From Lama guanicoe (Eukaryota): a stretch of DNA of 64,000 bases. A program made the translations under genes and the position numbers. Where the stretch lies: the NCBI GenBank assembly GCA_013239625.1, contig MU053810.1, positions 3,380,071 to 3,444,070 on the forward strand, in the 5' to 3' direction. The notes beneath the pieces were generated by a model. That model searched no databases, was not told the DNA's origin, and worked only from the letters and a program-made list of their open reading frames with translations. Below, one piece after another: positions 50,690 to 64,000 of the stretch (its first letter is position 1; each line of letters begins with the position of its first letter).

Positions 50690-51560
50690 ACCTTTACATA
50701 AATAATGACAATCATAGATTGTAAACCATAGAATAAGGACCTATGAGGTTGTGCTAAGATAGATAACACAGACAGAAGAGAAGAGGAAGTGATTTCTTAT
50801 ACAGTTCCAACTAATAAATGTAGATGGAATGATGGAAATTTGTTTTTAAAAATCACCGATTGGCAAATACTACAGTAATAATTGTTTCAGGAAAGAATCA
50901 TCAATGGATGCTAAAATGAATGAGCAAAAGTATGGTGAGAAACAGGATATTTACATAGTCTCCAAGTATCTTCCCATTAAACATTAAGAACAACAGAGAA
51001 AAACAGTAACTGTACAGTGGAGGAGGCAATATCACCATAACCAACAGATCAAAGTTAACATCATCAGTAATGAGATAAATCACCACCATGTGTCCACTGA
51101 CGTGGCACTGTGACAGACACGGCATCGATGACCTGGTGTTCTAATGAAAAACACATAATCTGAACCCAGTCATTAGGAAAAACACCCTAATTGAGAGCCA
51201 TTCTCTAGAACAATGGGTCAGTGTTCTTCACCAAAAATATAAAGATCCAGAGAGTCATATAAAGCCAGAGAAACTGGTCCAGATGGAAGGAGGCTAAGGA
51301 GACAAGACAACCAAACACAACATGTGATCCTGGACCAGAAAGGAAACCAAAATGGGACATGTGGGGAAATGTGAATAAGATCCATCAATTTCATAATAAT
51401 ATCACACCGGTGTTAATGTTCTGATCTTCATTAACTGTACTCTTGCTTATGTATGACAGTAACATCTGGATAAAGGGTCTGCAGGGTTTGTTGTACTATT
51501 TTTTGCAACACTTTTACATGTCTGAAATTATTTCAAAAAGCTAAAAAAAGAACATTAAAA
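50690..51560 (+). mobile_element. Old L1MC-type 3'UTR
   Basis: cagtaataattgtttcaggaaagaatcatcaatggatgctaaaa...gaaacaggatatttacatagtctc...tgtactatttttgcaac-like...tgaaattatttcaaaa. Confidence 0.75.
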
Positions 51561-52057
51561 TTGTGTTTTTAGTACAGTTCAGCCATCGCTGTTTCTCTCC
51601 CCAGTCATCTGCACCCTGCTTACTGAAGTTAACCTGGTCTTGCCTCAGTGTGTGGCTCTCACCCGACACCTGCACTGTGTACAGTATTAACTGGAATATT
51701 TCTCTCACACCCCACTGGGATAAACAGGACCATCTGTTCTATCCCATGAGCAAGAAGCATGTCCCTCGGTGCTAAGACATCTACTTACATCCCGGGCACC
51801 AGGCTCAATGCCTGGTTCAGTGTTGAGTGCAAGAATGAATCCTGAAAGCTTATCTTTTAAAAATTAAAACTATGGGAAAAAAGACAAGGGGATTGGGCAT
51901 GAAATATTCTTGATTCTGTTACATCATCAAATTGTATAATCCCCAGTCAAGAGGGAAAAAAACAAAAGCCTTACTTTTGCAAAAGTAGTTGGGTTTTTCG
52001 TTTCTGTTTTCTTTTCCTTTTAACCTATTTGGTTTTCTGTTTGTGCAGCACCTTTTC

Positions 52058-52858
52058 TTTCTTTCTTTTTTTTAAAAACATTTTTTATTGATTTATAATC
52101 GTTTTACAATGTTGTATCAAGTTCCAGTGTAGAGCACAATTTTCCAGTTATACATGAACATATATATATTCATTGTCACATTTTTTTCTCCGTGAGCTAT
52201 CATAAGATCTTGTGTATATTTCCCTGTGCTATACAGTATCATCTTGTTTATCTGTCCTACAATTTTGAAATCCCAGTCTATCCCTTCCCACCCTCTGCCC
52301 CCTTGGCAACCACAAGTTTGTATTCTATGTCTATGAGTCTATTTCTGTTTTGTATTTATGCTGTTTGTGGGTTTTTGTTTTTGTTTTTAGATTCCACAAA
52401 TGAGCAATCTCATATGGTATTTTTCTTTCTCTTTCTGGCTTACTTCACTTAGAATGACATTCTCCAGGAACATCCATGTTGCTGCAAATGGCATTATGTT
52501 GTCAGTTTTTATGGCTGAGTAGTATTCCATTGTATAAATATACCACTTCTTTATCCAGTCACCCGCTGATGGACATTTAGGCTGTCTCCATGTCTTGGCT
52601 ATTGTAAATAGTGCTGCTATGAACACTGGGGTACAGGTGTCATCCTGAAGTAGGGTTCCTTCTGGATATATGCCCAGGAGTGGGATTCCTGGGTCATATG
52701 GTAAGTCTATTCCTAGTCTTTTGAGGAATCTCCATGCTGTTTTCCACAGTGGCTGCACCAAACTGCATTCCCACCAGCAGTGTAGGAGGGTTCCCCTTTC
52801 TCCACAGCCTCTCCAGCATCTGTCATTTGTGGATTTTTGAATGATGGCCATTCTGACA
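52058..52858 (-). mobile_element. Young 5'-truncated LINE-1 with open ORF2 C-terminus and perfect 15-bp TSD
   Basis: ORF 52387-52875 includes the CCHC knuckle [18 protein letters not shown] through the ORF2-type terminus. TSD gtgcagcaccttttc at 52043-52057 and 52859-52873. Confidence 0.96.
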
Positions 52859-52929
52859 GTGCAGCACCTTTTCATCCTCAGTAGTCATCATTTGTAAAAA
52901 TTAACTGTAACGACACAACCTCAAGGCTC

Positions 52930-53180
52930 ACATTTATTTAGGGCTTACTATGATATGTCAGGGATCTGCAAATTGCTTCAGAGTCTTTCTCATGTAATCA
53001 TTTTAACAACCCTGTGAAATGAACATGACTGTTACTCTCCTCAACCCCCCTTAGGTAAGGAAACTGAGGCTGAGAGCAGTCAAGTAACTGACTCAAGGTC
53101 AGAATGACCTCTACATGGTGTGGTCTGATTCTGTTCACCTGATCGGTCAAACTCCATAACCCGGGCTCTCAGCCAGGGCA
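52930..53180 (-). mobile_element. MIR SINE
   Basis: aacaaccctgtgaa...gtaaggaaactgaggctgagagcagtcaagtaactgactcaaggtc. Confidence 0.7.
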
Positions 53181-53673
53181 CTCAACTGCCTCTTGTCTTA
53201 TATACACATAAATAAATAAAAAGGACATCAATTTTTAAAAGAAAACAAAAACCAAAACAAAAGCCCACCTGTCCAATTAAAGTAACAAGAGGAAAACTGC
53301 TTAAGGGACAGACGGCAACTAGATAAAACAAACACAAAATCTCGTTAGAAAGTATACTTGTTTCAATTTTTTAAAAATTTAAAACAAACCAAAAAAGAAA
53401 GTACACTTGTCTACTTTCTTTACATTTACGCAATTTCCTGCTCTTATTTTCCCCGGTCACCCACAGTGAAAATTCCTCATGGAAAAAAAAAAAAATCCCA
53501 GCCTTGCCTCATCTGCTGGGAAGAGAGGGAAAATACACTGTGACAGTCATCACTCAGCCTAGGCTGTGGCTTCGGGGCAGCCCTCGAGGCCTGGAGGAAA
53601 GGGTGCAGGGGGAAAGGGCCAGGTGGGGGCGGGCGCAGGCATGGGGGCAAGAAGCCCAAGAGGGAAGGGGCGC

Positions 53674-54190
53674 TGCTGGGGCCCAGGGCAGACCACCCCC
53701 CAATGTGTCTCAATGGCATAGTGATTATTTTGAATTAAAGCTACTCAAGAGACAGGCAACCCAGGGACACTCCAACTTTCCCTTCTGTCCCCCTGAAAGC
53801 AAGCAGTTAATTTCTCCTGAAAGGTGCCCTCTCTGTATTTGGAAGGAAGACACCCTTATCACCAAAGACTGGGAATTCGGGCAGAGAAGCCGATGGACAC
53901 AAACCTGGTGACTTTCCTAACTGACGACCTCAAGCCAAAAATCTGTTTAGATTCTTTATGAGTTGAATACCTCAAACCTAAATTTCTTTGTCTCGTGAAT
54001 TCCTCACATATTTATAATTTCTTGTCTAAGATGTATAAAGGCTGCCTGGCTTGGCCACTTCCTAGGTCCCATTCCTCCATGCGTGTGAATTAAAATGTTT
54101 GTTTCTCCCGTGAATCTGTCTTGTGTCAACTCTATTATGAGCGCAGCCACAAGAACTTATAAGGGCAGAGGGGAAAATTTCCCCTCCTGG
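53674..54190 (+). mobile_element. MER34-like ERV1 solo LTR
   Basis: Start ccacccccaatgtgtctcaatggcatagtgattattttga resembles MER34. TATAAA at 54034-54039, ATTAAA at 54089-54094, ends ggggaaaatttcccctcc. Confidence 0.7.
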
Positions 54191-54636
54191 GTGGTTCTGA
54201 TCCCTTCTCTACTGGACTGTCATTCCTTGATGCCACACCCAAAAGCTGTTCATAATTTTATGCTCTAAAAACATTTCATAAAAAGAGAGAACCGAAGAAG
54301 CAAGACAACAAATACTGAGCACTTTCAGGTTGTTTTGTTTCCTCAGATCTTCACCCCAGCGTGAGGGCAAGCAGGCATAGGAAGTGAAAGTTCCACACGT
54401 AGGCAAACGGTGTAAGACATCTCAGATGCAGGGTTCAGAGCACGGATTTTGAGGCTATGTGCCTGGGGGTTGCTGGGAGGGCCCACTGAGTCTATAACAC
54501 TGCCTGGCACCCAGACAGCGTGCCTTGCTGTCATTGTCATCAGTATCCCCGGGGCACTGCTCCAGAGGAGACCCTTAGTAAATCTTCACTGACTTTCATT
54601 TAAAACAAAATGGGGTGAAATCAAAATGTGATTATT

Positions 54637-54924
54637 CAGATAAATAAGTACTAGGGCTATAATGTACACGTGATAAATATAATTAACAGGGGTGTATGTG
54701 ATATATGAAAGTTGTCAGGAGAGTAAATCCTAAGAGTTCTCATTACAAGAAAAACATTTTTTTTTCTATTTCTTTAATTTCGTGTCTATGAGATGACAGA
54801 TGTTCACCACACTTCCTGTGATCATCACTCATGATGTACGTAAGTCAGATCATTATGTGGTACACCTTAAACTTATACAGTGCTGTATGTCAGTTATATC
54901 TCAATAAAAGTGAAAGAAAAAAAA
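54637..54924 (+). mobile_element. L1MA9-like 3'UTR
   Basis: gagagtaaatcctaagagttctca...tacaccttaaacttatacagtgctgtatgtcagttatatctcaataaaag plus A tail. Confidence 0.8.
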
Positions 54925-56039
54925 TGGTTATTTGGCTTAGGGATCTGACAAGCCTGAGACTAAAGTGAGAAACTACAGCTGACGTTCCGCAGAGCAGAGG
55001 CACTGCAGCTGAGTCAGAGGCAAGCCCGAGCGCCTGGAAAATGTCTCGCCACAAATTACAGCCCAGACCAAGGAACTCAGCCCAAGAGGATGGGGGAAGG
55101 AGGCTTGACCAAAACAGGACCATGTTCCAGAAGCAGTGCTCGCTGCCTGTTTCCCTTCGTGACCATTAGCAAACCTCAGACAACGGTACATCACACGTTT
55201 TGTTCTGAGAAACCGTGATGTCTTTCTCTGCTCTATCACCTTCCTTCCCCGTAGTACCTCCTGTTCTCTGCGCGCCTTCATTTCCTTAGTGGTTGCAGGT
55301 GTGCAGAGCATTTAGACGCTTGCTGACAAGGCTGTTCGATGTTAGAGCGCTGTACACGTTTTTGTTGGCTCTTTGCAACCGTATCATGCTCTGCAGACGT
55401 TACTGCTAACCTGCTCGGTACTGACTCGCTGTTTAATTACAATTAAAGAGCATCTTTAAAAACTCCGAATTTAGCAAACTAATTAAGAGATGCTTATTCC
55501 ACATTATAAAAGAAGATTGCTTCAAAGAAGGATGCACTGAGGAGTTCTTTGCCACGGCCCAATTCTCTGCTTCTCCACTTAACTGACTGCAAAGTTTTTT
55601 AGGAAACACAGATTTTTTTTTTTTAATCTCTGGAGAAACCGTTTAGGAAGGAGCACATCCAACTATTACACGAAGTGATGATGGCCTCTAATTTCACCAA
55701 ACACTTGTTGACATGGATTAAGCTGAAGAATGTCTCCCTGCCAAGGTTCACGGTTCTTTTCCAAACGCAGCCTCTAAACCTGGTGGTGTGTCCATCCCCA
55801 ATTCCTCCCCCCCCAACAAAAAAAAAATTCCAGTTTGTGTAAAATCCAGACCTTTCACAGGTGATAACTACTGCTTTTGAAGTGAGATTTCAAAGATGTA
55901 ATCTAGGTATCCGTATCTTTTAGAGATCAATGGAGTAAAGGGAGAGTAAGATGGGGGGTTCAAAACCAAGTCACAGGAAGCGACATATATGAGGGGAAAG
56001 TGGCAGCAGCTGTGTGGGGAGAGATGCAGAAAGAGGTAG

Positions 56040-56350
56040 AGCCCAGGGGAGGGGGCTTCAAGGCAGTGAAAATACTCTGGGTGATAATTCTGATGGTGGA
56101 TACATGTCATTGTACATTTGTCAAAACCAATACAATGTATGACACAGAGTGAACCCTACTGTAAACTATGGACTCTGGCTGGTAACGAGGTGCCAGTGTT
56201 GACCATTTCATCGACTGTTACATATCTACTGCCTGGTGCAGGATGTCGATGGTGGTCGGGGAGGAGGGGTGGGGCGAACTCTCTGTACTTTTCCCTCAGT
56301 TTTGCTCTGAACCTAAAACATCTCCAAAATATAAAGTCTATCAAAAAATT
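56040..56350 (+). mobile_element. L1MC1/2-like 3' end
   Basis: ggcagtgaaaatactctg...ggatacatgtcattgtacatttgtcaaaacc...gtgaaccctactgtaaactatggact...gaacctaaaac. Confidence 0.8.
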
Positions 56351-56369
56351 TTTAATAAGTGCGATCAGA

Positions 56370-57140
56370 ACGAAATGCTGTAACAGCATCGAGCAGGAAG
56401 AGGCTGTTATTCGTGGAGTTTGAAAAGATACTGGAGCCAGACCCTGGAGGAGGGAAGGGACTTGGGTTTGGAACGAGAGAATGCGCCCCCAGCTTGGGGG
56501 ATGACGTAGAGGACTTCAAGGGACCAACTGACAGGACTTAAAATGCTAGGCTGAGAAGGCTGGTTTCTGTTCTGTGGGCAGTGAGGAGCCATGGAAGGTT
56601 CTGAGCCAGGGGGTTTTAAGACAAGGACCCTCTAAGGATTCAGCTTCTTAAAGTGTGGGATGGAATTCGGAGCAAGGGTGAAGTCTGGGGTCCGGAGATC
56701 ATCACCCTGCGGGCTTGAGGCCACAAGCTGGGGCACAGGATGTGGTGGCTAGGACCCAGGAGGGGAGGAAGGGAGGGGCTAAGAATGCTTAAGAGGTTTG
56801 GAGCCTTTGAGACTACAACAGTGAAGCCATTGCTGAAAATAGGAAATGTAGAAAGAGAAGTAGATTTCGGGTACATAGAAGATGTATTATTTTGGGTGTG
56901 CCCAGATCATTCAAGTGAAGAGGTCTAACATGCAGCTACAAATGTGGTTCAGTGGCCAAAAGAATTTAGAGGTCACCTGCAAAGAGATATTAATGAAAGA
57001 CTGAGGAGGAGCTGTAGTTACAGAAACTGATACTGTTGCAAGGAAACTCCTATTAGAGGGAAAGAAAAGAAAATGGCCAGAATCCTCAGGAAGAGGACTC
57101 AGCAAAGGAGTCTGAAAAGCAATATTTAGAGATAGAAGAA
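56370..57140 (-). mobile_element. L2 LINE relic
   Basis: gtgggcagtgaggagccatggaaggttctgagc...ccattgctgaaaataggaaa. Confidence 0.65.
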
Positions 57141-57384
57141 CCAGAAGGAACAGGCAATGTTCCCACCTGGCCACACTCGGGGCACACAGACGCCTATCTC
57201 TACCATTGCCAAGAATTTATTACGCTCCCTCCCCATTTCATGACAGGGCGCTGAGCTGCGGGTCAAAAACTAGTGCTACTCTGTGGACGCTTACAATCCA
57301 GGACAGGGAATACAGATGTGTACTTCAAATCTGAAGTACAGACTGGGAAAATACAAGTTCAGGGGATGAAGATGTGGGAGACTG

Positions 57385-57802
57385 CATTTTAATGGTCCTC
57401 AGTGAATCCCATCTCCTGTATCCACAATCTTAGGTAAGGATCCTTAGAGCATCCTGTCCCCGTCCCTCAGTGACTCTGGTCTTGGCCATGCATGAGGTTT
57501 CTTTTGGCCAGCGGAACATTATTGGCAGAGGAGATGGGACCGTATGCACAAGCCTGACAGCATTCTGTGCCCTGGGCCTGTCCTTCTGGGATGCAGCTCA
57601 TGTGACAGCCTCAGCTGAGCGCTAGGCATTTGAGAGGGGCCACCAAGGGCCAGCCAGCAGTTCCCCAGGGGACTGCAGCCACAGAAGACCAGAAGCACCA
57701 CCCAGCAGAAGCTAGCCCAAACTGCAGAATGAGCAAATAAGGAACTGTTGTTTTTAAGTCACTAGGTTTTGGGGTGACTTATTGGACAGCAATAACTAAC
57801 CA
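57385..57802 (+). mobile_element. MLT1 (G/H-like) MaLR LTR
   Basis: tgactctggtcttggccatg...ttttggcca...gcccaaactgcagaatgagcaaataa...tttaagtcactaggttttgggg...cagcaataactaac. Confidence 0.7.
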
Positions 57803-58856
57803 CTGCAGGACATTTTAAAGGTGGGGGCAAAGCACACATAGATGGGGAGATGAGAAAGAGCAAATGTGGAAGAAGTTCAAGGTTCAGAATGAAAGGCCAT
57901 CAGTCCATCTCTCCACCCACAGAAGATGGAAAATAGCCCCATGGTTTGAAACTGGGGGTGGTCCCTCTGGCACTGAGCACTTTGTCCAGACAGCTCTTTT
58001 TAAACTGTTACATTCTTACCTGTCATTTGCATCCATAAAAATCCACAAGTAGAGATTTCCGAATTTCAGAACCAAAAGGTCTTAGAGATGACCAAAAAAA
58101 TGAGGAAATTAAAACCAAAGAACTGACTCATTTCTAAAGCACCACAAACTAATTACTTCTAGCGTCAAAACCAGAATCCAGAGCTCAGCCACACATGCTG
58201 TGGGCTGGACAAACCTGCCCTGTCACAACGACACTCTTGGCAGAATTTAGCCCATAAGGGCTCTATTCATAGATTCACCATCCCCAAGAAAGCCAGCCTT
58301 TCTCACGCCCTAGTGCACATGGGGCGCCTGGTCTTGTTTCTTTGTCAAGTCAGGCTCCATGGTTGGATGGAGCCATCCAGGTGGTGCTCAGCGAAGCAAC
58401 AAAGAGCAAGGCAAGGAGCATGAAGCACCCAGGCTGCAGGGTCATGGTCGCCACGTGGCTGAGACAAGAACAGAACTCAGGCCACCAGCACCAAAGTAAT
58501 TGCAAACCAGGCTCCATCCGCTCTGAGCCTCGATGCACGCTGAGTCTCAGGATGTGTGGTGCTTCTTTACTGGAAGGGTCTCACATTCCACTTTGAAACA
58601 GGCATTTCTGATTCACAGGATGATTTGAATGGATAATCTGAAAATAAGTACGAAGGCAGTTCTGTGATGGATCCACAAGCAAACATCGTTTCTGGAAAAT
58701 CTGCCCTTTGGAGATCTAGAGCTCTGAGATTTGGCTGCCTTATTTCGTCACCCCGCTTCCTAAACAGTCCCTGGGGAACAAAACCTACCATGGAATTTGC
58801 ACTAATGATCCTCCATGGGGCTCTGGGAGGGCTGCATTTTGGGTAATAACCTGTGT

Positions 58857-59092
58857 TTTTTTTCACTTTTTTAAAATTGGAAGTATAGTCAGTTTACAGT
58901 GTTGTGTCAGTTTCTCATGTGCAGCACAATGCTTCAGTCATACATGAATACATTCATTTTCATATTCTTTTTTACCATAAGCTACTATAAAATATCGAAT
59001 ATAGTTCCCTGTGCTATACAGTATAAACTTGTTTATCTATTTTATATATACTAGTCAGTATCTGCAAATACTGAACTCCCAATTTGTCCCTT
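58857..59092 (-). mobile_element. L1 3'UTR fragment
   Basis: aagtatagtcagtttacagtgttgtgtcagtttct...atatagttccctgtgctatacag. Confidence 0.85.
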
Positions 59093-60049
59093 CATAACTG
59101 GCATTTTGAAGCAGATTTCATCTTTCTGGTTGACTGTACTTGCTAAGAATAAGTTAACATATTAAAATAAAAAGCATTAGGTTCTGACTTTTAAAACACC
59201 ATATGATATAAAATTAGACGTAGGGATATTAAAATGCACATCAGTTTAAATGAACTCCATTGTCCCTACCACACTGTCCCTTTCCTTTGGATAATCTCTT
59301 TCTATCTCCCTATTAGGCTTCTATGTACATACGGCCATGTTCTTTGGTTAATCTGACCTAAGCTTATAACCTCTCTCAATTAACTCCTCTCCTCCTCTCT
59401 CAAAGAATCAATTATCTTGTCTTCAATTATCCTTGAAGTATGTCTTAAAAGTATGACATATACTTAAGTATGAAACCAAAAGGAGGGGCAGGGAGGTTCC
59501 ACCATAACTCATAGTCATCCTTCCCTCTTTTTCCCTACTTTCTCTTGACCCCACTTAAACATTTTTCAAATTAAACATTTTAAAATAGTGTTTAAAAACA
59601 CTACCATTTCCCTAAGTGAACAGGAATCCATTTTATAAAGGGAAGGAAAAAGGAAAAAAAAAGACTTTTCTACTGTTCTTCTGCATTCAATCACAAGAAA
59701 TTATCTGACACAATTTTTTGGTTTTTGTTTTAAAAGAATTCTGTGCGACCTTGAAGTTCAGAGAAGGTCTAAAAACTCATGAGGACTTGGAATTGTTATT
59801 ACGGGTTTTTTCTTAAAGATCAGAAGGAGTACACCCGAGTAAGAATCTTCCTTGACTATCCACATTTTTTCATCTTCACAGATCTCTGGCACCTGTTTAA
59901 AAATAAATAATAGTATTTTTGTTAACACCACCCTGAGGGTGTCCTGTGACTAACAGGGCAGCTAAGCTGGGAGGTATATTCTTGAGGCCACAGCCAGACA
60001 CACTGGCCCGTATCTTCAACCAGAGGCGGCAAAATCAAATTAGTTTGAT

Positions 60050-60235
60050 TAACAGACATAGGAAACAAACTTATGATTACCAAAGGGGAAAAGGGAAGCG
60101 GGGGATAAATTAGGCATTTGGGATTAACAAATACACACTACAATATATGGAATAGATAAACAACAAGGTCCTACTGTATAGCACAGGGAACTGTATTCAA
60201 TATTTTGTAATAAGCTGTAATGGGAAAGAATCTGG

Positions 60236-60282
<47 letters not shown>

Positions 60283-60347
60283 ACTGAATCACTATGCTGT
60301 CCACCAGAAACTGACATGACACTGTAAATCAATCTCAATAAAAAACA
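60050..60347 (+). mobile_element. L1 3'UTR fragment containing a (TA)n microsatellite (~60239-60276)
   Basis: acagacataggaaacaaacttatgattaccaaagggg...ctactgtatagcacagggaact...ctgaatcactatgctgt...caataaaaaa. Confidence 0.85.
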
Positions 60348-63300
60348 GGTAAGTACATAAATAAATAGTTCCATTATATTGAGAGGAAAACCAGTTACTC
60401 ATGATCAAATATGACCAAGCTAAAGAGGGCGGGGGGAATTTCTCAGTAGAAGGACACCCACCAAATCAAAGACATCAGAGGGAAAAAAGGAATGTATGTC
60501 AATTAGTCCATAAAAGGTAAATAGAGATAATCCAGTGAGGCCAGGAAAGAATACCTGGAGAATATTTAGGTCATTGTCAATTTTTGCCATGAAAAATATG
60601 CAAACCAAAAGGTACTGCTCAGAGAAAATACAGCTCAGCTTGCCAAAAATGCCCTCCTGGGCTTCCTTTTTAATGCTTAAGAGAAATCAAAGGAAGTTTT
60701 AAAAGAAAATAACATTTTAATTAATTGAGAGATACAAAATAACTGTATTTATCTTATTGCATCCGTTCAAGAGTCAGAATCAAGGGGTAAGGACATCCTC
60801 AAATTTTATTAGGCCCAAACAGACTTAGAAATGAGCCAGGAAAAAAGTGGATAATGTACCCAAGAACACAAACTGGTAAAAGCACAGGCAGAGGGTCCTG
60901 CACCATCACAGAAGGATACCGTATCTAAAATCTCTTTAAAATTAGAGCACAACTTTTCACAACCCAAAATGCCTCTAATCTTCCTAATTAAAACTGCTTA
61001 TTTGCCATAGCTAATAAAAAGAAGTAGCCAGAGCTTAAAACTGAATATCTTTCGTAGTGATCTCTTACTTCAATACGCTTAAAAGGATTTTTTATGAACA
61101 CCAACGGAAGAGTTGTGTTTAACTCATAGAAGTGGGAAAAATTAGTCATGTAATGTCTTCCTCTGCACAAATTCACAGTGCCTCCAGCAGAACATGAAGA
61201 ACACGTGAAGGAAATTACTATGCTGAATGCCATCCAACTACCAGCCGTATTCCAATTTTCAAACTTAATTAAAACTGGCAGTTTTACTAAGAAGAATCAA
61301 ATTTCAATTAAATGGGTATGTTGTCTTTTTTTTAAAAGCAAAGGCAAAAGAAAAAAATCAGGATGTCCCAAGCAAAGGATTAACAGAGCTTTGATGAGAA
61401 TTGAGAGCCACGAGTTAAACAGGTGTTTTGAATTACCACTTTTATTAAAACACAATCCTTTACATGAAGCTCACTGGATCTTTTATTAGGTCTAGAATAT
61501 TGAAAGAAAATGTTTATTTGGCTTAACATAATAGGGACTCATAAATCACGGCAGAATGATGATGGTTGATGAATTTCCATCTGGGAAATTCACGCCTTCG
61601 GCATCTCCCTTGGTAGCAAGAAGCACCAGGTGTTTCAGAGTCAGGTGCCCTTTCTGCAGGCACAGGGGCACTCTCAGTGACGGGGCAGGGCAGAACGAGA
61701 AATGAGAGTCATCCTGCCTATGTGTCAGCTTGTTGGCTAACATGTCTTTTTTATGGGAATAAAAAATTACATGAAAGGGAGCGGCAGAGTCAATGAAAGG
61801 ATGATGGCTGTGGCAGGAAGACGGGCTGGCCAGCACCCCCTGCCCCACAAAGGACCCTGGGATGGATTATGCTGATGCCCTGTAATAAGGCAGGACTCCC
61901 CATGACCTGGGCACCACCTTGGGGGTTTGCCTGCCCTCTTCATGGAGTTCTGCTGAAAAAGACAATCATGGGCACATCCTAATATTCAGGCTTCTTGCTG
62001 GATCTAATTTATTTACCTTCTTCTCAGCCTGTAGGAAAATGGAATGTAGACTCCAGTGATTGACACTAAGTTGCTTAGGCATGGCTCAGTTTTGTATTCC
62101 CTGATGCAAAGTGGAAAAAAAAAATCAAGCAAAAAAGCAATAGACAAATCCTATTAGTAAGAGAAAGATCTGGAGGAAAGATACTAATCTTTTTCACATT
62201 CCATTTTGAAAAGAATATTTAATGCCTCCATCCTATATGATCAAACCTTACCAAATAGCCAACCACATCATACGCTTGTAGGGCAGCAGCTTTTTTAAAA
62301 TGTGTCATCAAATCTCCTGGTAAATGCATTATATTCTCTGACAAGGATGCTGTGGACAGAAGAGCAGTTTTAGTCTTGGAGGGTAGCCAATACCCTGCAG
62401 ACCCTCTCATCTAACTCATTTTATAAAAGAAACTGAGGCTCAAGGACATTTATGGAACAGCTGATCTACACCTGACTGCCCAGCCAGGTCTCTGTGTTTA
62501 CTTACAGCCCTTTGTAAATGGTCCTGAGCTCACCACCAAACAGTCTCAGAAAAGGGATCCTCAGAGATCCCATTAAGGTGATGACGTTGGCATAAAAAGT
62601 GAAATTCTCTTCTCTTCTAGAGACCTGCTATTTACTCATCTAAGGCACACTCAGCCCTCTCTTTTGAATGCCCAGCTCACCACCCACGTCCCTCCCCACA
62701 CCCAGCTGGTTACCACCAGAGTGAAGATCCTATGTACTGTGACCCTATCCCAGTCTTCAGAGTTCCCTCCTGCCCTGCCACAGCTGCCCGGGCCAGGGCT
62801 GGCCTCTCCCTGTGGTTGAAATGATAGGATATAAAGAATGGAGGCCATCAGCTTCCTCCACAATCGGGCCTGGAGGAGGCAGAGGTGCTGACAAAAGCAG
62901 AGATGAAACAGAGAGGTCCTGGCACTGTGGGCAGCCCTGGTTCCCACCACGCTGCAGGCTTTGGCCTCCAGAACGCACCCCAGTATCCTCGAGACAAAGC
63001 TCTCCTTTTCCTCAGCTAAAATTGCGTATAATATTTAATAATGTAATTAACCCAGGTAAAACACTTTTAATTTCATGATCAACCGCCCTAGGAAACCGAT
63101 CACCCTGGCAGTGAATTATCAGAACTACATCTGAAAGCCAACTTTCCGTAGACATAATCAAGAGACGCCATCTCTGTTTTATGCAGGCTGGCTCTTTGGT
63201 CACGAAGGGCCCACCCCTGGATCATGACGTGCCTCCCAGTGAAGACAGTACCTGTCCCCAAAAGCAGCTGGAGAAAGAGCCAAGAGATGAGAGAGAAGAC

Positions 63301-64000
63301 AAGGAAGGCTGAGATGTCCTTGGACTTCTGACTCTATTCTTACTTTAAAAAAATCACTCAGACGGTCTAATACTGCGTTTTTATTCTTCCATCTCACACA
63401 AAAGAAGCTAAGAACTCACATTTTGCTTCTAGGTATCTTGCACACAGCTAATACGTGGTGGTTTTAAGCACACATATTTTTTCTTACAATCAGTCTTGGG
63501 CTCTGAGAGACAGGAAGCAGATCAGTTTGGATGGCAAAAAACCAAGACCACCCTTACTTCTGCCGAGAATAACTGTTCGAGTGCCATCTGTTTATCAGAC
63601 AGTAGAAGCTATAGTACACACACTGAGCTTCTAACATAGAAAGGACATGTCTTCCTCCCCTTTTGAACCTGAGCAGGGGTCGGAGCCAATGCGGGCTTCC
63701 TGGAAGCATCTCCAGGAAGCTGGTCTCTTTACCCCCCACCCACAGAGCACAAGAGTCCTGACTGACCTACAGTGCTAAACACACGTATCAAAGAAAGATG
63801 GAGAACATCTAGCAAGATTGTTCTCAAGATAAGCTGGCTGACATGCACTTCTCTTTAATTACTGTCTTCTATGTATGTAGATGCAGTCTTCTTACAGAAA
63901 AGCATCTGAAGGGGCAAAAAAAAAAAATGGGACGATGAAAATTGACTAGGCTACAACTCAGTTGACCCAAGGATGTTTCCTCTCCTTAAAATAAATAAAC

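Noticed and set aside
1..64000. CRISPR arrays, operons or other prokaryotic/viral systems
   Set aside because: The sequence is mammalian intron-exon DNA. I saw no regularly spaced repeat-spacer array and no dense ORF organisation.

Overview
Mammalian genomic DNA containing four internal coding exons of PIP4K2A (phosphatidylinositol-5-phosphate 4-kinase type 2 alpha) on the minus strand: 28621-28718, 27225-27321, 12974-13126 and 196-342, probably exons 2-5. All have GT-AG boundaries and splice into one open frame of 165 codons. Everything from 28719 to the end of the window appears to be part of the long upstream intron. The rest is intronic: L1 3' fragments (several with clear target-site duplications), five tRNA-Ala-derived SINEs resembling the camelid Vic-1 family (suggesting a camelid genome), MIR/L2 relics, solo LTRs (MER21-, MER34- and MLT1-like), a MER5A-like element and microsatellites. 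Nearly all ORF-track entries are spurious. I found no convincing new multi-gene system. The most unusual unexplained structure is a perfect, sharply bounded 41-bp inverted repeat (40465-40505 / 42831-42871) in apparently unique sequence. Next are an in-frame exon carrying the catalytic lysine with two weak splice sites, and several intronic promoter/enhancer-like motif clusters. Repeat family names come from recalled consensus sequences, not a database search, and repeat boundaries are approximate unless a TSD is given.
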